Source: Bacteroidota bacterium (GTDB lineage Bacteria > Bacteroidota > Bacteroidia > UKL13-3). From it: DNA of 64,000 nucleotides. A program made the position numbers and the translations under genes. Location of the stretch: assembly GCA_046314755.1 (NCBI GenBank), contig JBKDBG010000017.1, positions 7,626 through 71,625 of the forward strand, read 5' to 3'. Below the pieces are notes generated by a model. That model was not told the DNA's origin and ran no database searches. It was given only the letters and a program-made list of their open reading frames with translations. Below, in pieces: positions 27,372-38,231 of this stretch; position 1 is the first letter of the stretch, and each line of letters starts with the position of its first letter.

Positions 27372-30300
27372 TTATTTCAGCCTTACTACCTTTTGTACTT
27401 GTACAAATGAGGCTTGCTTCACTTCAACGAAGTATATTCCTCCATCACTGTTAACTAACTCATCCATATTAACTACGTTAATTCCGCTTTGCAAGGTGGT
27501 GGTTTTACTAAACACAAGTTTTCCGTTTAAGTCGAACACGGTTATTTGTGCGCTACCCTCTTGCGGGGTATTCACTTTTAAGTTCAATGCACTTAAGAAC
27601 GGATTTGGATATGGGGTAACCGCAAATGTTTCCAATTGCATTTTATTTAATTCAATGGTATTGCTGTATTCATATCCGCCATTTACATCAATTTGCTTTA
27701 AGCGATAATAAACGATACTTGATTGATTAAATACGTTCGCATCTACAAACTGATAATTGCGTTTAACGTTGCTGTTTCCGGCTCCTTTTACAAAACCAAC
27801 ATACTCAAAAGTTCTGCCGTCTGATGATCGTTCAATCTCAAACCCTAAGTTGTTTCTTTCTGAAGCTGTAATCCATGTAAGTTTCGCATCATCATTCATC
27901 ACTTCTCCATTAAAGGTTAACATTTGAACAGGTAATGGCGCAGAAGCATCCGTTCCGGTAATGATTCCAAATGCATTACTTGGTGTTGATGTAGCGATGG
28001 TTTGTGAAGAAGTATTCGCACCAGAAGCTGCATCAAAACTCCATGATGTTCCAAAACGAGCCCAGCGCAATGCGGTTTCGCTCAGAACATTTCCTAACAA
28101 AGCAGGATCATAGTTAAAAGTTGCTTGGTAAGAGTAACCTGTTCCTCCTGCCGCGGATACTTGTAAATATGCATTCATAAAACGTGTACCCACATTGGTT
28201 GATGGAGGGTTTGTTCCGCTGTAATAGTTGGCCGATAAGCTGCTTGGTACCGTACCTGTAGCACCCCAGTTAATTGTTGCAAGTGTGCGTCCGGCAAATG
28301 TAATGGTTGTTGTTCCATTCAAAGCGGGAGTTCCTGTAATAGTAGCTGCAGGTGGTGTTGATGTAGACACAAACTCATGTGCCCCAATATCTGTTCCGAA
28401 GCCTACAGTTGTTCCTCTGCTGTTTCCGGCAAAATCAGCATTGATATTGCCTGACAAAGGACCGGCAATACCTTTTCCATTTAGATACCAGTTTTGAGCT
28501 GCTGATGACACGACATTTAAGTTTCCATTTGTAACATTAGCAAATAAGACAGCAGGGTTAACCAACGTGCTTATTTCCGACCAAGAGTTTCTATCAGCAT
28601 TGCTGGTTGTTCTCCAGTTGCTGATATTTAAATCCCCGGTACCCCATAAACCAAGTGTGTTGGCATTTGATGATGATAACAAGTTGTAGTTTACCACGGC
28701 CCATCCTGCTCCGGTTGGTGTTCCCGAAACCTCATTGGCAATTGCATAATTCTTGGTTGCACCTCCAGCACGGTTGTTAATGAACGCATTGTTTACCAAG
28801 CGAGTTCCGGATGTAACCTCAAATGTAGAGTTTGGACCTTTGTGATAAGCATAAGAAGCTAATGAACCCGATGATGAGTTACCTGTTATAAGTACCGTGT
28901 TGTAATAAGCATTCACATCAAAACCTCCGCTTGATTGTTGCCAAATACCATTGTACTGTATGTTATTGGTTTGACCATCACCTAAAGTAATTTGATTGTT
29001 GGTAACGTCTAGTGCATTCACCACATTGAACACCAAAATTCCGGTAGCTGTAGCCATTGGATTTGCGGCATTAGAGGTGCTCAAGTTTCTGATATCATAA
29101 ACCCTGTTTCCAGTTACTCTTGCAGCATTAGCACTTTGAATCATAATGCCGGCAGCATTGGTCGTTGAAGCACTGGTACTATTTGCAGAAATGTTGTATA
29201 TAAGGTTGTTGTTTACCATCGGACCGGCATTGGTTGATCCGGCTAAGCTGATTCCAAATACACTTAAAAAGGTTGATGAAAGACTGGTATTGGTTGAAAG
29301 CGTACTTAAATTGAAGATTCTATTATTGCTGATGTTGGCAACTGTAGAACCTGACATTTGAATGCCGCCTAATGTTACACTCGTTTGTGTTCCATTTGCA
29401 TTGATATTGGCAATGGTGTTTCCGGTTATTTGTACAGCAGGGTCAATGTTCACCGCAGTTGTTACATTAATAGCCCTTGTTGTACCATTAGCATTATTCG
29501 TAATACTGTTTACCGTATTGGTAGTACCAATAACATTATTGTTAATTGAAGTAATACCTCCGGATACCAATATCCCATTAAAAGAGACGCTATTGCCCGC
29601 ACTGTTGATGGCAATACCTGCAATTCTATTATTTTCAACCAATGTAGGAACAGTAACAGTTGCGTTTACAGCAATACCGGAGTGGGTAGTTGGAGGAGCC
29701 AATTCTATCGAGCCGGCAACCGTTGAATCCCCAATCATGTTACCTGTAATATTTGTTCTTCCGGCAGTAACCAAAATACCATTCCATTGCACACCGCTTG
29801 CCGTTTGAATGAAGCGCATGTTTCTAATGGTGTTGGATGAAATTTGGGTGGTTAAATTATTGCCCACCGCAATTTGAATACAGTTCCAAGCCGCAAGAAC
29901 ACTGCTGTTCCAGGCAGATCCTCCTGCATTTGGAGCAGATCCTCCAATAATGTTGTTTGAAATCGTATGCCCTTCAGAAATGGCACCGCCATTAAAACGA
30001 ATTGGTAACGCATTCGCAGTGATTAAGACGAGTGTGTTGTAGAAATTATTTCCATTCACTACCCAATTATTACCTGAACCACCATCCACATTTACATAGA
30101 CTGAAGATGCATTTAACAAATTGTTTCCGCTGATTACGTTTGATGAGTTTAACACAAATCCGGAGTGGAAACTGCTGATTAATGCGGCAGGAATTCCGCT
30201 TGGGAATGCTACACCAAGATCATTTCTAATCGTACAATTGATAATCGAATCTTGGCTGTTACCAACAGTGGTGTTTGTACCTGCGAATGAAACCGCACCG

Positions 30301-33300
30301 CCATTTATTAATAATGGAGACGTGTTGTTAGCAGACTCAATTGTTAAATTACTAAGTCTGTTTTTTGTCGCACCATTTACAAACAACACAGCAGGTCCGG
30401 CCGTTGAAGAGTTTCTGATGGTTAATAAGTTTAAATTATTATTTGAACTTAAATCAGGAACACCGGATATTTTTATGCGATCAACTCCATTCAACCTGAG
30501 CAACCCAAGGTTGGTGTTACCCGAAACTATTCTTGATGCGGTTGTTGATGAATCAGGACGAATAGTAATGGTAAAAGAACCTGCACCTACACCATCTTCT
30601 CCTAGTTGATTTAACGCTACGGTTCCCGGTTCGTTAATGTTTGAAGTAATTACAGCTGTGATTGAACCACCAAGCGTATTGTTATTTAAAAATTCAAACA
30701 ATCCCCCAACACCGGTAAGTGTTGTATAGGTTTGACCTGCGCCAACATAAAACTTGCTGTTGGCCGGTATTGTAGGTAAAATCACATAAAAATCAACGGC
30801 TGCAGGTTCGTTGGTAATGTTATTTACATTCGTTCCTAATGCTAAAGGTCTTTGCGAAGTGAGATTAGAAGCAACACTGTCCTCCGCCACTACGTAGTAG
30901 AAAATGGTATCACCGGTTGTAACACCGGCTACCGGACCATAAAATATTTCGAACGAATAGTTTGCTTGTGTTGGCGTACCTGTTGCAATTGAAGCCGCAC
31001 TACTCACCCACAAACCTCCTATTCCTTTTTTGTAATAAATTCTTGGTGCATTTAAACCTCCACCAAGAGGCACCCCTTGATTATCTCTTACAATAACATT
31101 TGAAAGTTGTACCGGACCCGTAATACTTCCTTGGTTGCTCACCGCAGTATAGGTCATACTAGGCGGAAAAATATCGGTACTGCTGGTAAAAGCATCAGCA
31201 TCGGCACCTACATCTAATCCGGCCAATCCTGTTCTGGCATTGCCATCAAAGTCAACCGTTACCACACCCATTAAGGCTTGGTCTCCACTGGCCTCTGCCG
31301 GATTACTTGATTGCAAGTGTAAATCTACCGTGTTCGCATCACCTGTAGCATTTACAAATAATGGATTTCCACTTCCGCTTTGTAAATCATACAACGTGTT
31401 ACGCGCCCATCCGCTGAGACCGCCTAATGTTATATAATCTAAAAGATTAGTACCGCCAATAATACCTCCCGTTCCGGTTGTTTGAAGAATATTGTAGTTT
31501 GAAATAAGTGAGGTAGCATTTACAGGGAATCCGGCTAATCGAATAGCAAAATGTTTACCTGTTGATGTTCCTGTATTTGATGTTGCGTTTACAAAAATAT
31601 TGTTGCGTAAATCATTCACATTCGTTCCGGTAGGTGTTCCATTTAATCTGATACAAGCCGTAACAGAAGCACCCGCTGCAGGAGCGCCCGCTAAAAACAC
31701 CGAGTTGTGGTAGTACTCGAAGTTGCCTGAAACGTCATTTAAGAAACCATATACCTCATAGTTGTTTCCATTTAAGGTTCCTGCCGAATCAATACCTAAA
31801 CGAATCATGTTATTGGCATAACGCGTGAATGACCCTGAGTTTTGTTGAATACCAATTAAGCGAGCAATCCCGGTTGTTGACGATTTAAAACTATGAACAA
31901 AGTTTCTGCTCACACTGTTCAACACATTGGTTGTTGTGCCTTGATATAAAATACCTACAATATTGTTCGCCCCGGTTAATCCAATTGTTTCAAGTGCATA
32001 CACCCTGTTTTGGTTGATGTTAATTTGACTTCCGGAACCATTGTGCATTAAACCAATAATAGATGATGCAGTACTGGTATTTGAAGACGATGAATTCGAT
32101 CTTAAATTATGAACTATATTTTCATTTAAGGTATGTCCGCTTCCGCTCGATTGCATAATGCCAATGAGTTGAGTCGAATTGGGTGTTGTGGTAACGTAGT
32201 TCAAGTATCTTACCACATTATTATTGATGATTTGTCCCGGATTCGATGAGCCCACCCATATACCAATCAATCCTGAACTGGTTGTGGTTGATGTGTTTTG
32301 TACGTTTGTTGTTATTCCTTCTACTATGTTATTGGTTACAGTTGCCAAACCGGAGGTTGACAAAATACCCAACGTTTGGCAAAATGAAACTACACCAATA
32401 TTTGCATTAAGCAAGTTACTCACCCGGTTGTTGTTGATTTGAATACTTGTGGTACTGCTAGAAACGTTTATGCCTACTAATGGTGCTGAAGTTGATGTTC
32501 CTCCTAATGACGAAGAATCTCTTAAGTTGCTCACAATATTATTATTGATTTGCAGCGATCCTGTTTGGTTCCAGGCCCTTATTCCATTAACTGTAACCGA
32601 TGTAATCGTTGTTGCCGAAGAGAATATACCGGATACAATATTGTTATTGATAATCGTGTTAGAACCTGTTTGACAGTTAATACCAAGTGATGTGGTATTT
32701 CCTCTATTAATGATAGATTGAACATTGTTGGTATCTCCAATATAGTTGTTTAATAGTGTTGCAACACCACCGCCATTGTTAACCTGAATCCCAACGAAGG
32801 ATGCTGCACTTACATTGTTCATCACAATATTGGTTATTCTGTTATCGGCAATGTGCGTTCCGGTATTAGCACCTGCACTCACGTTAATTCCGGTAAAGCC
32901 TAAACCATTAATCACATTCCAATTGTTCATCAGTACATACCAATTGCCACCAATCACATTTCCACTAATAGTATCGTTATTTGATAAGGTACCCGGAGTA
33001 AAATTAATTACAGTTGGAGAGGCGGTGTGATGATTTAAGGTGTCTTGGAAAAACACATTGTTTTTGATTCTGTAATTATTCCCGGTTCCTGAACTAATAT
33101 TAATAGCATTAAAATTAAAACCATAAAACACACTGTTTTCAATGAGTAAGTTATCGTTTTCTCTATTAACACCGGTTGTGCCCGATGCTACAAAAAGAAT
33201 TCCAGGCAACCCTCCCGCACCCGGAGCTCTTCTAAAGTAACAGTTACCCACATACACATTGTCATTCCCTGTTACAGCCGATGTTTGGCTTATTCTTACT

Positions 33301-36300
33301 GCACCTCCACTAAATGTTGAAGTACTGGTGTTATTGGTTTCAAAAATTACACCTTGAATAAATATATCACTAGCGTCATTTAATAATGTAAGAGCCGGTT
33401 GTGAGGTTGCTGTGTTTCGAATAACAAGGTTCGTGTCTGTAACTAATCCGTTTGCGGCATAACCCAATAGTTGAACTCTGTCTGCGCCATTAAGCTTGAT
33501 AATACCATCAGTAAATGCAACATTTCCTGTTATGATGGTTTGTGTTGGCCCGGCAGGTCGAATGGTAAGCGTATAACCAAAATTGCCTACACTAGTACCA
33601 TTCGTTTCCAACCATTGATTTAATGAAACACTTCCTGTTTCGGTGATGGTTGCACCATTTTCGAGCGTTACAACTGTATTGCCTTGTAATAAGCTGTTAT
33701 TTATTGCATTAAACAATCCGGTTGGTCCGGTTAGGGTTGTGTATGTGCCTGTAGGTCCAACAGTAACTGCTGTTGGTATTGGTGTAGAAATTTGATATTG
33801 GTTTGGTGTTTGAGGAGGAAAAGTAATATTAGCGATATCAATTCCAACACCAAAAGCAGGTTGTGTACTGTAATTTATTGCACTATCCTGAGCGGCTATG
33901 TAATATCTAATAATATCATTAGGAACTACACCGCCAACAAGCGAATAATCAATGGTAAAATCCCAGCTACCGTTACGGCTGTTGCCAGTTGTTAAGGCTC
34001 CCAAAACGTTGGCCCATGTGCCGTTGTTTTTGTTAAAGTATAATCTTGGGGTAAACGTACCGAAATCAACTCCCGAATTTCTATCAATAATCGTTGCGGA
34101 AATCGTTCTGTTTAATACACTTGCCGTATTCGTTAGCGGAGTAAAAATAATTTCCGGAGCAACAGAGTCAAAACTTAACGTATTCGTTGCTGAGCCAAAT
34201 GCTCCGATATCAACCGGGGTTAAGGCGCTTCTTTGGTTGCCATTAAAATCACTTGAGGAGAAGGCAACCAACGTTGGATCGCCTGCTCCCTCTCCCGGAT
34301 TAGAAGAAGCAACATTCAAGTTAATTGAGCCTGCCGCAGCAGCCGGTGCAATTAAATTTGGATTCGCGTGGATACTGTTTATATCTCTTTGTGAGATTCT
34401 TTTCCAGCCTCCTGTCCCAGTCATAAATGCGGCATTTCCAGGACCACCTCCAATAAAGTTGTTGGTTAGCCCACTTCCTGCCCATAAAATATTGTAATTG
34501 CATACAAACTGTGGAACAGATGCTATACTGCCATAATTTATTGCATAATTAAATCCGGTACCCCCATTGTTTTGAACCACATTTACAAAAATGTTATTTC
34601 TGATGTCGCTCCATGATATAAAACCAATTGAAGCCCTGTATGCAGCGGTAATTGATGTGCCTGAAGTTGGCGCTCCACCAATATAAACCGTGTTGTGTAA
34701 AATACGATTGATAAAAGTACTTGATGAATGGTTATTGTTAATTCCACTTACTACAAAAGGACCGGTATACGCATTACCTGCTGTATCAATACCCAAACGA
34801 ATTAAGTTATTCGCAACAGTTCCGTGCATGGTTTGCAAATCAATTCCCAATAGGTTCGTTGCTGAGGTTCCTGCACTTGCAAAACTGTGTATGAAGTTGC
34901 GGTTACAGAACGATTCGTTTCCTGTTGTAGCGCTTGAAGCTGAATAACGAATACCAATAATACTTCCGGTTGTAGCCGTATGTAAATTATATAACCCCCA
35001 AATCACGTTGCTGTCACACTCTTGGTTTACTACCCCTGAAATATATTGAATACCGCAAATGCCCGGTGAACTGGTTGTGAAACGGTTGTAAATTGACTTG
35101 ATTTGGTTTCCATAAACCCTGTTTCCGGTGGTTCCGAAAATAACCATTCCATTTACTTGTGTAGATGATGCCGTTGGTGTATTCAAGGCCAACGAATCAA
35201 TATAGTTATTCAACACCAAGGCTCTGCCCGAAGAACCAAAGTTAATACCATTTAATGCGGCAGAAGTAGAGGTTGATGTGTTTGAACTTCTTGAAAATAA
35301 ACCATAAACAATATTGTTACTTATGGTTGTGAAACCGCTACTTGCATAACAAATACCATTAATTTGAGTTGATTGGGTGGCTAGTGTTGAACGTTGATAT
35401 AAATGGCGAACAGTGTTGTTTCTAATAATTTGTCCGGCCGAACCAGAAAAATTCAAAATACCATTAATGGCGGCACTTGTTGTAGTTCCTGTACTTGTAC
35501 AACCGGTACTATCCATAAATAACCCATCAATAATATTATTTTCAATTACTGATATTCCGGATGTGCTCAAAATGCCAATGATTCTAACAGCAGAAGTTGT
35601 GGTATTATTATTAGTAAGCGGCTCTGCAAAAGTACCGATTAGGTTTCCGCTAATAGTAACGGAGTTGCTTGATGATTGGGATGAAATACCCATTAGTGAA
35701 GCAGCGGTGGTTGACCCGATATTGCCTGAATTGGTTCTTAAGCCCTTAACGATGTTGTTGTTGATATTAACAACTTGACCAGAACTTGTAGTAATTGCCC
35801 TAATTGCACCAGTAGTTCCGGTATTGTATAAGGAAACATTTGAAACGATGTTTCTTGTGATATCATAATTTGATGCAGGAACTGCATTTATCGCTACAAA
35901 AACAGCGTTGTTCAAGGACAACACATCGCCAATATAGTTACTGTCAATATTGGCCACACCACCGCTTAATTGTATACCAGTAAACTGGCCTGTTGCTGCA
36001 GTACCGGCCAATGTCCAATTTTTAATTTGGTTTCCATAAACCCTGGTTGGTGTTCCATTAGCCACCGTTACTTGAATGGGTACACGGATATTAGAACCGA
36101 TATTTACGAATGGCCCTGCCAATGCTAATGGGGCATCGCCACCAATAATATTATTTAATATTTGATTATTAACAGACCCACTACCTGTGCCGGGCACAAA
36201 ATTGATTGCCGACCATGTAGATGTTTGTAATGTATTGGCCGCTGTATCATAGAAATTGTTATTAGCAATTAACCAATTTGAACCATTTCCATTATTGGTG

Positions 36301-37766
36301 CCTGTTATTGATATCCCGTTAAATCCAAAACTATTAAAATCGTTTCCTATTATTGAGTTGTTATTGTTTTGAATGATATTTGATTGACCTGTTGAAATAA
36401 TACCAACAGCAAAAACACCCGTTGATGAACGTCCAAAATAATTGTTTTGAATGGTATTATTATCATTACCCGTAAAACCCGTAGAGCCTAGTATGGCAAT
36501 TGCACCAGAAGCCGTTCCGGTATTTGCCGAAAGCAAATTCATGTTTCGAAGGGTGTTGTTATTAGCATCATTAACTAATGTAAAAATAACTCCAGCGGTG
36601 TTATAGTTTTTTATTGTTAAATCCCTCGTATTTCCTGCACCATTGCTTCCATCAAAAACAACAAAACTGCTTCCGTTTAAGTTAAACATATTTGATGTGG
36701 ATGCTTCAACTAGGCTACTTACGCCAGTGGCCGGTTTGAAGGTTATCGTGTTAGTGGCCGAAATCCCTGAAACGTTCGCAAAATTAATCGGAAAGGATTC
36801 TCCTGTTGAAGTATTATACAGGGTATCAATTAAACTAAAAACTACCGGACCTGTCACACCAAATGCACTTGCAGCTGTGGCTGCTTCAGATATGGTTCTA
36901 AAGTCACCTGTGGCCCCCACTGTAAAAGTTCCTGTTAATGGTGAACGATATATCCTCGTTAGAGTATCATCAATATTTACAGTATCAAATGCACTATTAG
37001 GCATTGAGGTGTATACTTTAACACGATACAAAATTCCTGCTGCCATAGTAAAGTTACCCAATTGTACGCTTTGAGAATTACTTCCCAAACCACCAAGTGT
37101 ATCTAATAGGCCTGTAAAGGCTACAGGGGTTTGTACAACTCCGTTAACCTCCCAATTTACGTTAACACTAGTAATTTGATTTACTCCAGCATTTCTTATT
37201 CTAGCAGTAAAAAGATTACTGCCTAAATTAAATCCAATAGGAGTATCTATAGCGAACACAGAGGCGTTGTGTGTACCTGATGATAATTGTAATACTTGTA
37301 TTTCTCTGAAATTTGGGTTCGTTCCTTGCACATTATTAAACCTAACCCGAGTTGTTGTAATTGGAACGATAAATGAAATTGAATCTACTTGAGGCGCAGC
37401 ACTTACAAATGGGTTTGGTGCCAATGGCACATATGCGCTCCCATTCCAAATTTCAATAATCATTGAGGTAAAAGGCCTGTTGTCTTTATAAAAAACAATC
37501 CTGCTAAAGGAAATAGGATTTGACCAAACATATTCAATGAATTGACCTGTGTTAATCCACCCCCATCCGCAAGGAGTAGGAGCACAATTAAATGGTGGAA
37601 TGATTCCATCATTGTAGTTTGTTGCACCAAAACCCAATGCAGGATTTCCGCCTGTACCTTGTGTGGCTGTTGCCGTTAAAGCATGATTTGTTTGGGCCTT
37701 CAACTCTTTTAAGAGCAAGAGCACCAAAATTAATAATGCTGTTTTAAGTAGTTGTTGTTTTTTCAT
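27372..37766 (-). CDS. Giant secreted T9SS cargo protein with multiple beta-helix regions and a Por/T9SS C-terminal sorting domain; a putative adhesin
   Basis: A 3464-aa ORF with signal peptide MKKQQLLKTALLILVLLLLKELKAQ. The N/S/T/G-rich beta-helix repeat composition continues throughout. The C-terminus YPNPFLSALNLKV...GIYFVEVKQASFVQVQKVVRLK is a T9SS CTD. It is paralogous in module content to the 2497-aa and 1922-aa proteins. Confidence 0.85.
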   Translation of the reverse strand: MKKQQLLKTALLILVLLLLKELKAQTNHALTATATQGTGGNPALGFGATNYNDGIIPPFNCAPTPCGWGWINTGQFIEYVWSNPISFSRIVFYKDNRPFTSMIIEIWNGSAYVPLAPNPFVSAAPQVDSISFIVPITTTRVRFNNVQGTNPNFREIQVLQLSSGTHNASVFAIDTPIGFNLGSNLFTARIRNAGVNQITSVNVNWEVNGVVQTPVAFTGLLDTLGGLGSNSQSVQLGNFTMAAGILYRVKVYTSMPNSAFDTVNIDDTLTRIYRSPLTGTFTVGATGDFRTISEAATAASAFGVTGPVVFSLIDTLYNTSTGESFPINFANVSGISATNTITFKPATGVSSLVEASTSNMFNLNGSSFVVFDGSNGAGNTRDLTIKNYNTAGVIFTLVNDANNNTLRNMNLLSANTGTASGAIAILGSTGFTGNDNNTIQNNYFGRSSTGVFAVGIISTGQSNIIQNNNNSIIGNDFNSFGFNGISITGTNNGNGSNWLIANNNFYDTAANTLQTSTWSAINFVPGTGSGSVNNQILNNIIGGDAPLALAGPFVNIGSNIRVPIQVTVANGTPTRVYGNQIKNWTLAGTAATGQFTGIQLSGGVANIDSNYIGDVLSLNNAVFVAINAVPASNYDITRNIVSNVSLYNTGTTGAIRAITTSSGQVVNINNNIVKGLRTNSGNIGSTTAASLMGISSQSSSNSVTISGNLIGTFAEPLTNNNTTTSAVRIIGILSTSGISVIENNIIDGLFMDSTGCTSTGTTTSAAINGILNFSGSAGQIIRNNTVRHLYQRSTLATQSTQINGICYASSGFTTISNNIVYGLFSRSSNTSTSTSAALNGINFGSSGRALVLNNYIDSLALNTPTASSTQVNGMVIFGTTGNRVYGNQIKSIYNRFTTSSPGICGIQYISGVVNQECDSNVIWGLYNLHTATTGSIIGIRYSASSATTGNESFCNRNFIHSFASAGTSATNLLGIDLQTMHGTVANNLIRLGIDTAGNAYTGPFVVSGINNNHSSSTFINRILHNTVYIGGAPTSGTSITAAYRASIGFISWSDIRNNIFVNVVQNNGGTGFNYAINYGSIASVPQFVCNYNILWAGSGLTNNFIGGGPGNAAFMTGTGGWKRISQRDINSIHANPNLIAPAAAAGSINLNVASSNPGEGAGDPTLVAFSSSDFNGNQRSALTPVDIGAFGSATNTLSFDSVAPEIIFTPLTNTASVLNRTISATIIDRNSGVDFGTFTPRLYFNKNNGTWANVLGALTTGNSRNGSWDFTIDYSLVGGVVPNDIIRYYIAAQDSAINYSTQPAFGVGIDIANITFPPQTPNQYQISTPIPTAVTVGPTGTYTTLTGPTGLFNAINNSLLQGNTVVTLENGATITETGSVSLNQWLETNGTSVGNFGYTLTIRPAGPTQTIITGNVAFTDGIIKLNGADRVQLLGYAANGLVTDTNLVIRNTATSQPALTLLNDASDIFIQGVIFETNNTSTSTFSGGAVRISQTSAVTGNDNVYVGNCYFRRAPGAGGLPGILFVASGTTGVNRENDNLLIENSVFYGFNFNAINISSGTGNNYRIKNNVFFQDTLNHHTASPTVINFTPGTLSNNDTISGNVIGGNWYVLMNNWNVINGLGFTGINVSAGANTGTHIADNRITNIVMNNVSAASFVGIQVNNGGGVATLLNNYIGDTNNVQSIINRGNTTSLGINCQTGSNTIINNNIVSGIFSSATTITSVTVNGIRAWNQTGSLQINNNIVSNLRDSSSLGGTSTSAPLVGINVSSSTTSIQINNNRVSNLLNANIGVVSFCQTLGILSTSGLATVTNNIVEGITTNVQNTSTTTSSGLIGIWVGSSNPGQIINNNVVRYLNYVTTTPNSTQLIGIMQSSGSGHTLNENIVHNLRSNSSSSNTSTASSIIGLMHNGSGSQININQNRVYALETIGLTGANNIVGILYQGTTTNVLNSVSRNFVHSFKSSTTGIARLIGIQQNSGSFTRYANNMIRLGIDSAGTLNGNNYEVYGFLNDVSGNFEYYHNSVFLAGAPAAGASVTACIRLNGTPTGTNVNDLRNNIFVNATSNTGTSTGKHFAIRLAGFPVNATSLISNYNILQTTGTGGIIGGTNLLDYITLGGLSGWARNTLYDLQSGSGNPLFVNATGDANTVDLHLQSSNPAEASGDQALMGVVTVDFDGNARTGLAGLDVGADADAFTSSTDIFPPSMTYTAVSNQGSITGPVQLSNVIVRDNQGVPLGGGLNAPRIYYKKGIGGLWVSSAASIATGTPTQANYSFEIFYGPVAGVTTGDTIFYYVVAEDSVASNLTSQRPLALGTNVNNITNEPAAVDFYVILPTIPANSKFYVGAGQTYTTLTGVGGLFEFLNNNTLGGSITAVITSNINEPGTVALNQLGEDGVGAGSFTITIRPDSSTTASRIVSGNTNLGLLRLNGVDRIKISGVPDLSSNNNLNLLTIRNSSTAGPAVLFVNGATKNRLSNLTIESANNTSPLLINGGAVSFAGTNTTVGNSQDSIINCTIRNDLGVAFPSGIPAALISSFHSGFVLNSSNVISGNNLLNASSVYVNVDGGSGNNWVVNGNNFYNTLVLITANALPIRFNGGAISEGHTISNNIIGGSAPNAGGSAWNSSVLAAWNCIQIAVGNNLTTQISSNTIRNMRFIQTASGVQWNGILVTAGRTNITGNMIGDSTVAGSIELAPPTTHSGIAVNATVTVPTLVENNRIAGIAINSAGNSVSFNGILVSGGITSINNNVIGTTNTVNSITNNANGTTRAINVTTAVNIDPAVQITGNTIANINANGTQTSVTLGGIQMSGSTVANISNNRIFNLSTLSTNTSLSSTFLSVFGISLAGSTNAGPMVNNNLIYNISANSTSASTTNAAGIMIQSANAARVTGNRVYDIRNLSTSNAANPMATATGILVFNVVNALDVTNNQITLGDGQTNNIQYNGIWQQSSGGFDVNAYYNTVLITGNSSSGSLASYAYHKGPNSTFEVTSGTRLVNNAFINNRAGGATKNYAIANEVSGTPTGAGWAVVNYNLLSSSNANTLGLWGTGDLNISNWRTTSNADRNSWSEISTLVNPAVLFANVTNGNLNVVSSAAQNWYLNGKGIAGPLSGNINADFAGNSRGTTVGFGTDIGAHEFVSTSTPPAATITGTPALNGTTTITFAGRTLATINWGATGTVPSSLSANYYSGTNPPSTNVGTRFMNAYLQVSAAGGTGYSYQATFNYDPALLGNVLSETALRWARFGTSWSFDAASGANTSSQTIATSTPSNAFGIITGTDASAPLPVQMLTFNGEVMNDDAKLTWITASERNNLGFEIERSSDGRTFEYVGFVKGAGNSNVKRNYQFVDANVFNQSSIVYYRLKQIDVNGGYEYSNTIELNKMQLETFAVTPYPNPFLSALNLKVNTPQEGSAQITVFDLNGKLVFSKTTTLQSGINVVNMDELVNSDGGIYFVEVKQASFVQVQKVVRLK

Positions 37767-38180
37767 AAGTATTATTTTTTTATTTTGTCTCTTTCAAACC
37801 ATCGTTAATAACTTGATAGCACAGGCAGCTAAGCTTTAAAATGGGCAAAAATTTATTTGCTTATTAATTTTGAATTATTAATGAAGTTATAAATTATTCA
37901 AACAAAGCAATTCATCCCGGGGACATTTAATCTCATTTTAATCTTATTGTTTGGTTTATTGGGCGAAAAACAAAATAACTAGCCACAAATAGGTATAAGT
38001 AGAAAATGTTGGAATATTGATTAATTCAATATATGGCTTAATCGTAATTCTTTTGTGTAGTGTATCATTTACAATTAAGAACTTAATTGCTGTGGAAAAC
38101 TAGCCTTGACTTTTCCAATTAATTACCATGATTGGTTGAAAACAGGGGAATGAAATGCCCTAAGGCAAAATTAGGAAACA

Positions 38181-38209
38181 AAAAAGCCACACAAAACGCG
38201 TGGCTTTTA
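38181..38209 (-). terminator. Rho-independent (bidirectional-type) terminator after the 1126-aa gene
   Basis: AAAAGCCAC (38182-38190) pairs with GTGGCTTTT (38200-38208) around a 9-nt loop. The A-run and T-run flanks sit immediately downstream of the stop at 38232 on the minus strand. Confidence 0.55.
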
Positions 38210-38231
38210 TATGACAAATTTTACTTATTGC

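Noticed and set aside
27496-37074. Plus-strand ORFs (65-181 aa) inside the 3464-aa gene, and analogous antisense ORFs inside the 1126-, 704-, 1326-, 932-, 901- and 1922-aa genes
   Set aside because: Same reasoning. They are antisense artefacts of biased codon composition with no start context or coherent domains.
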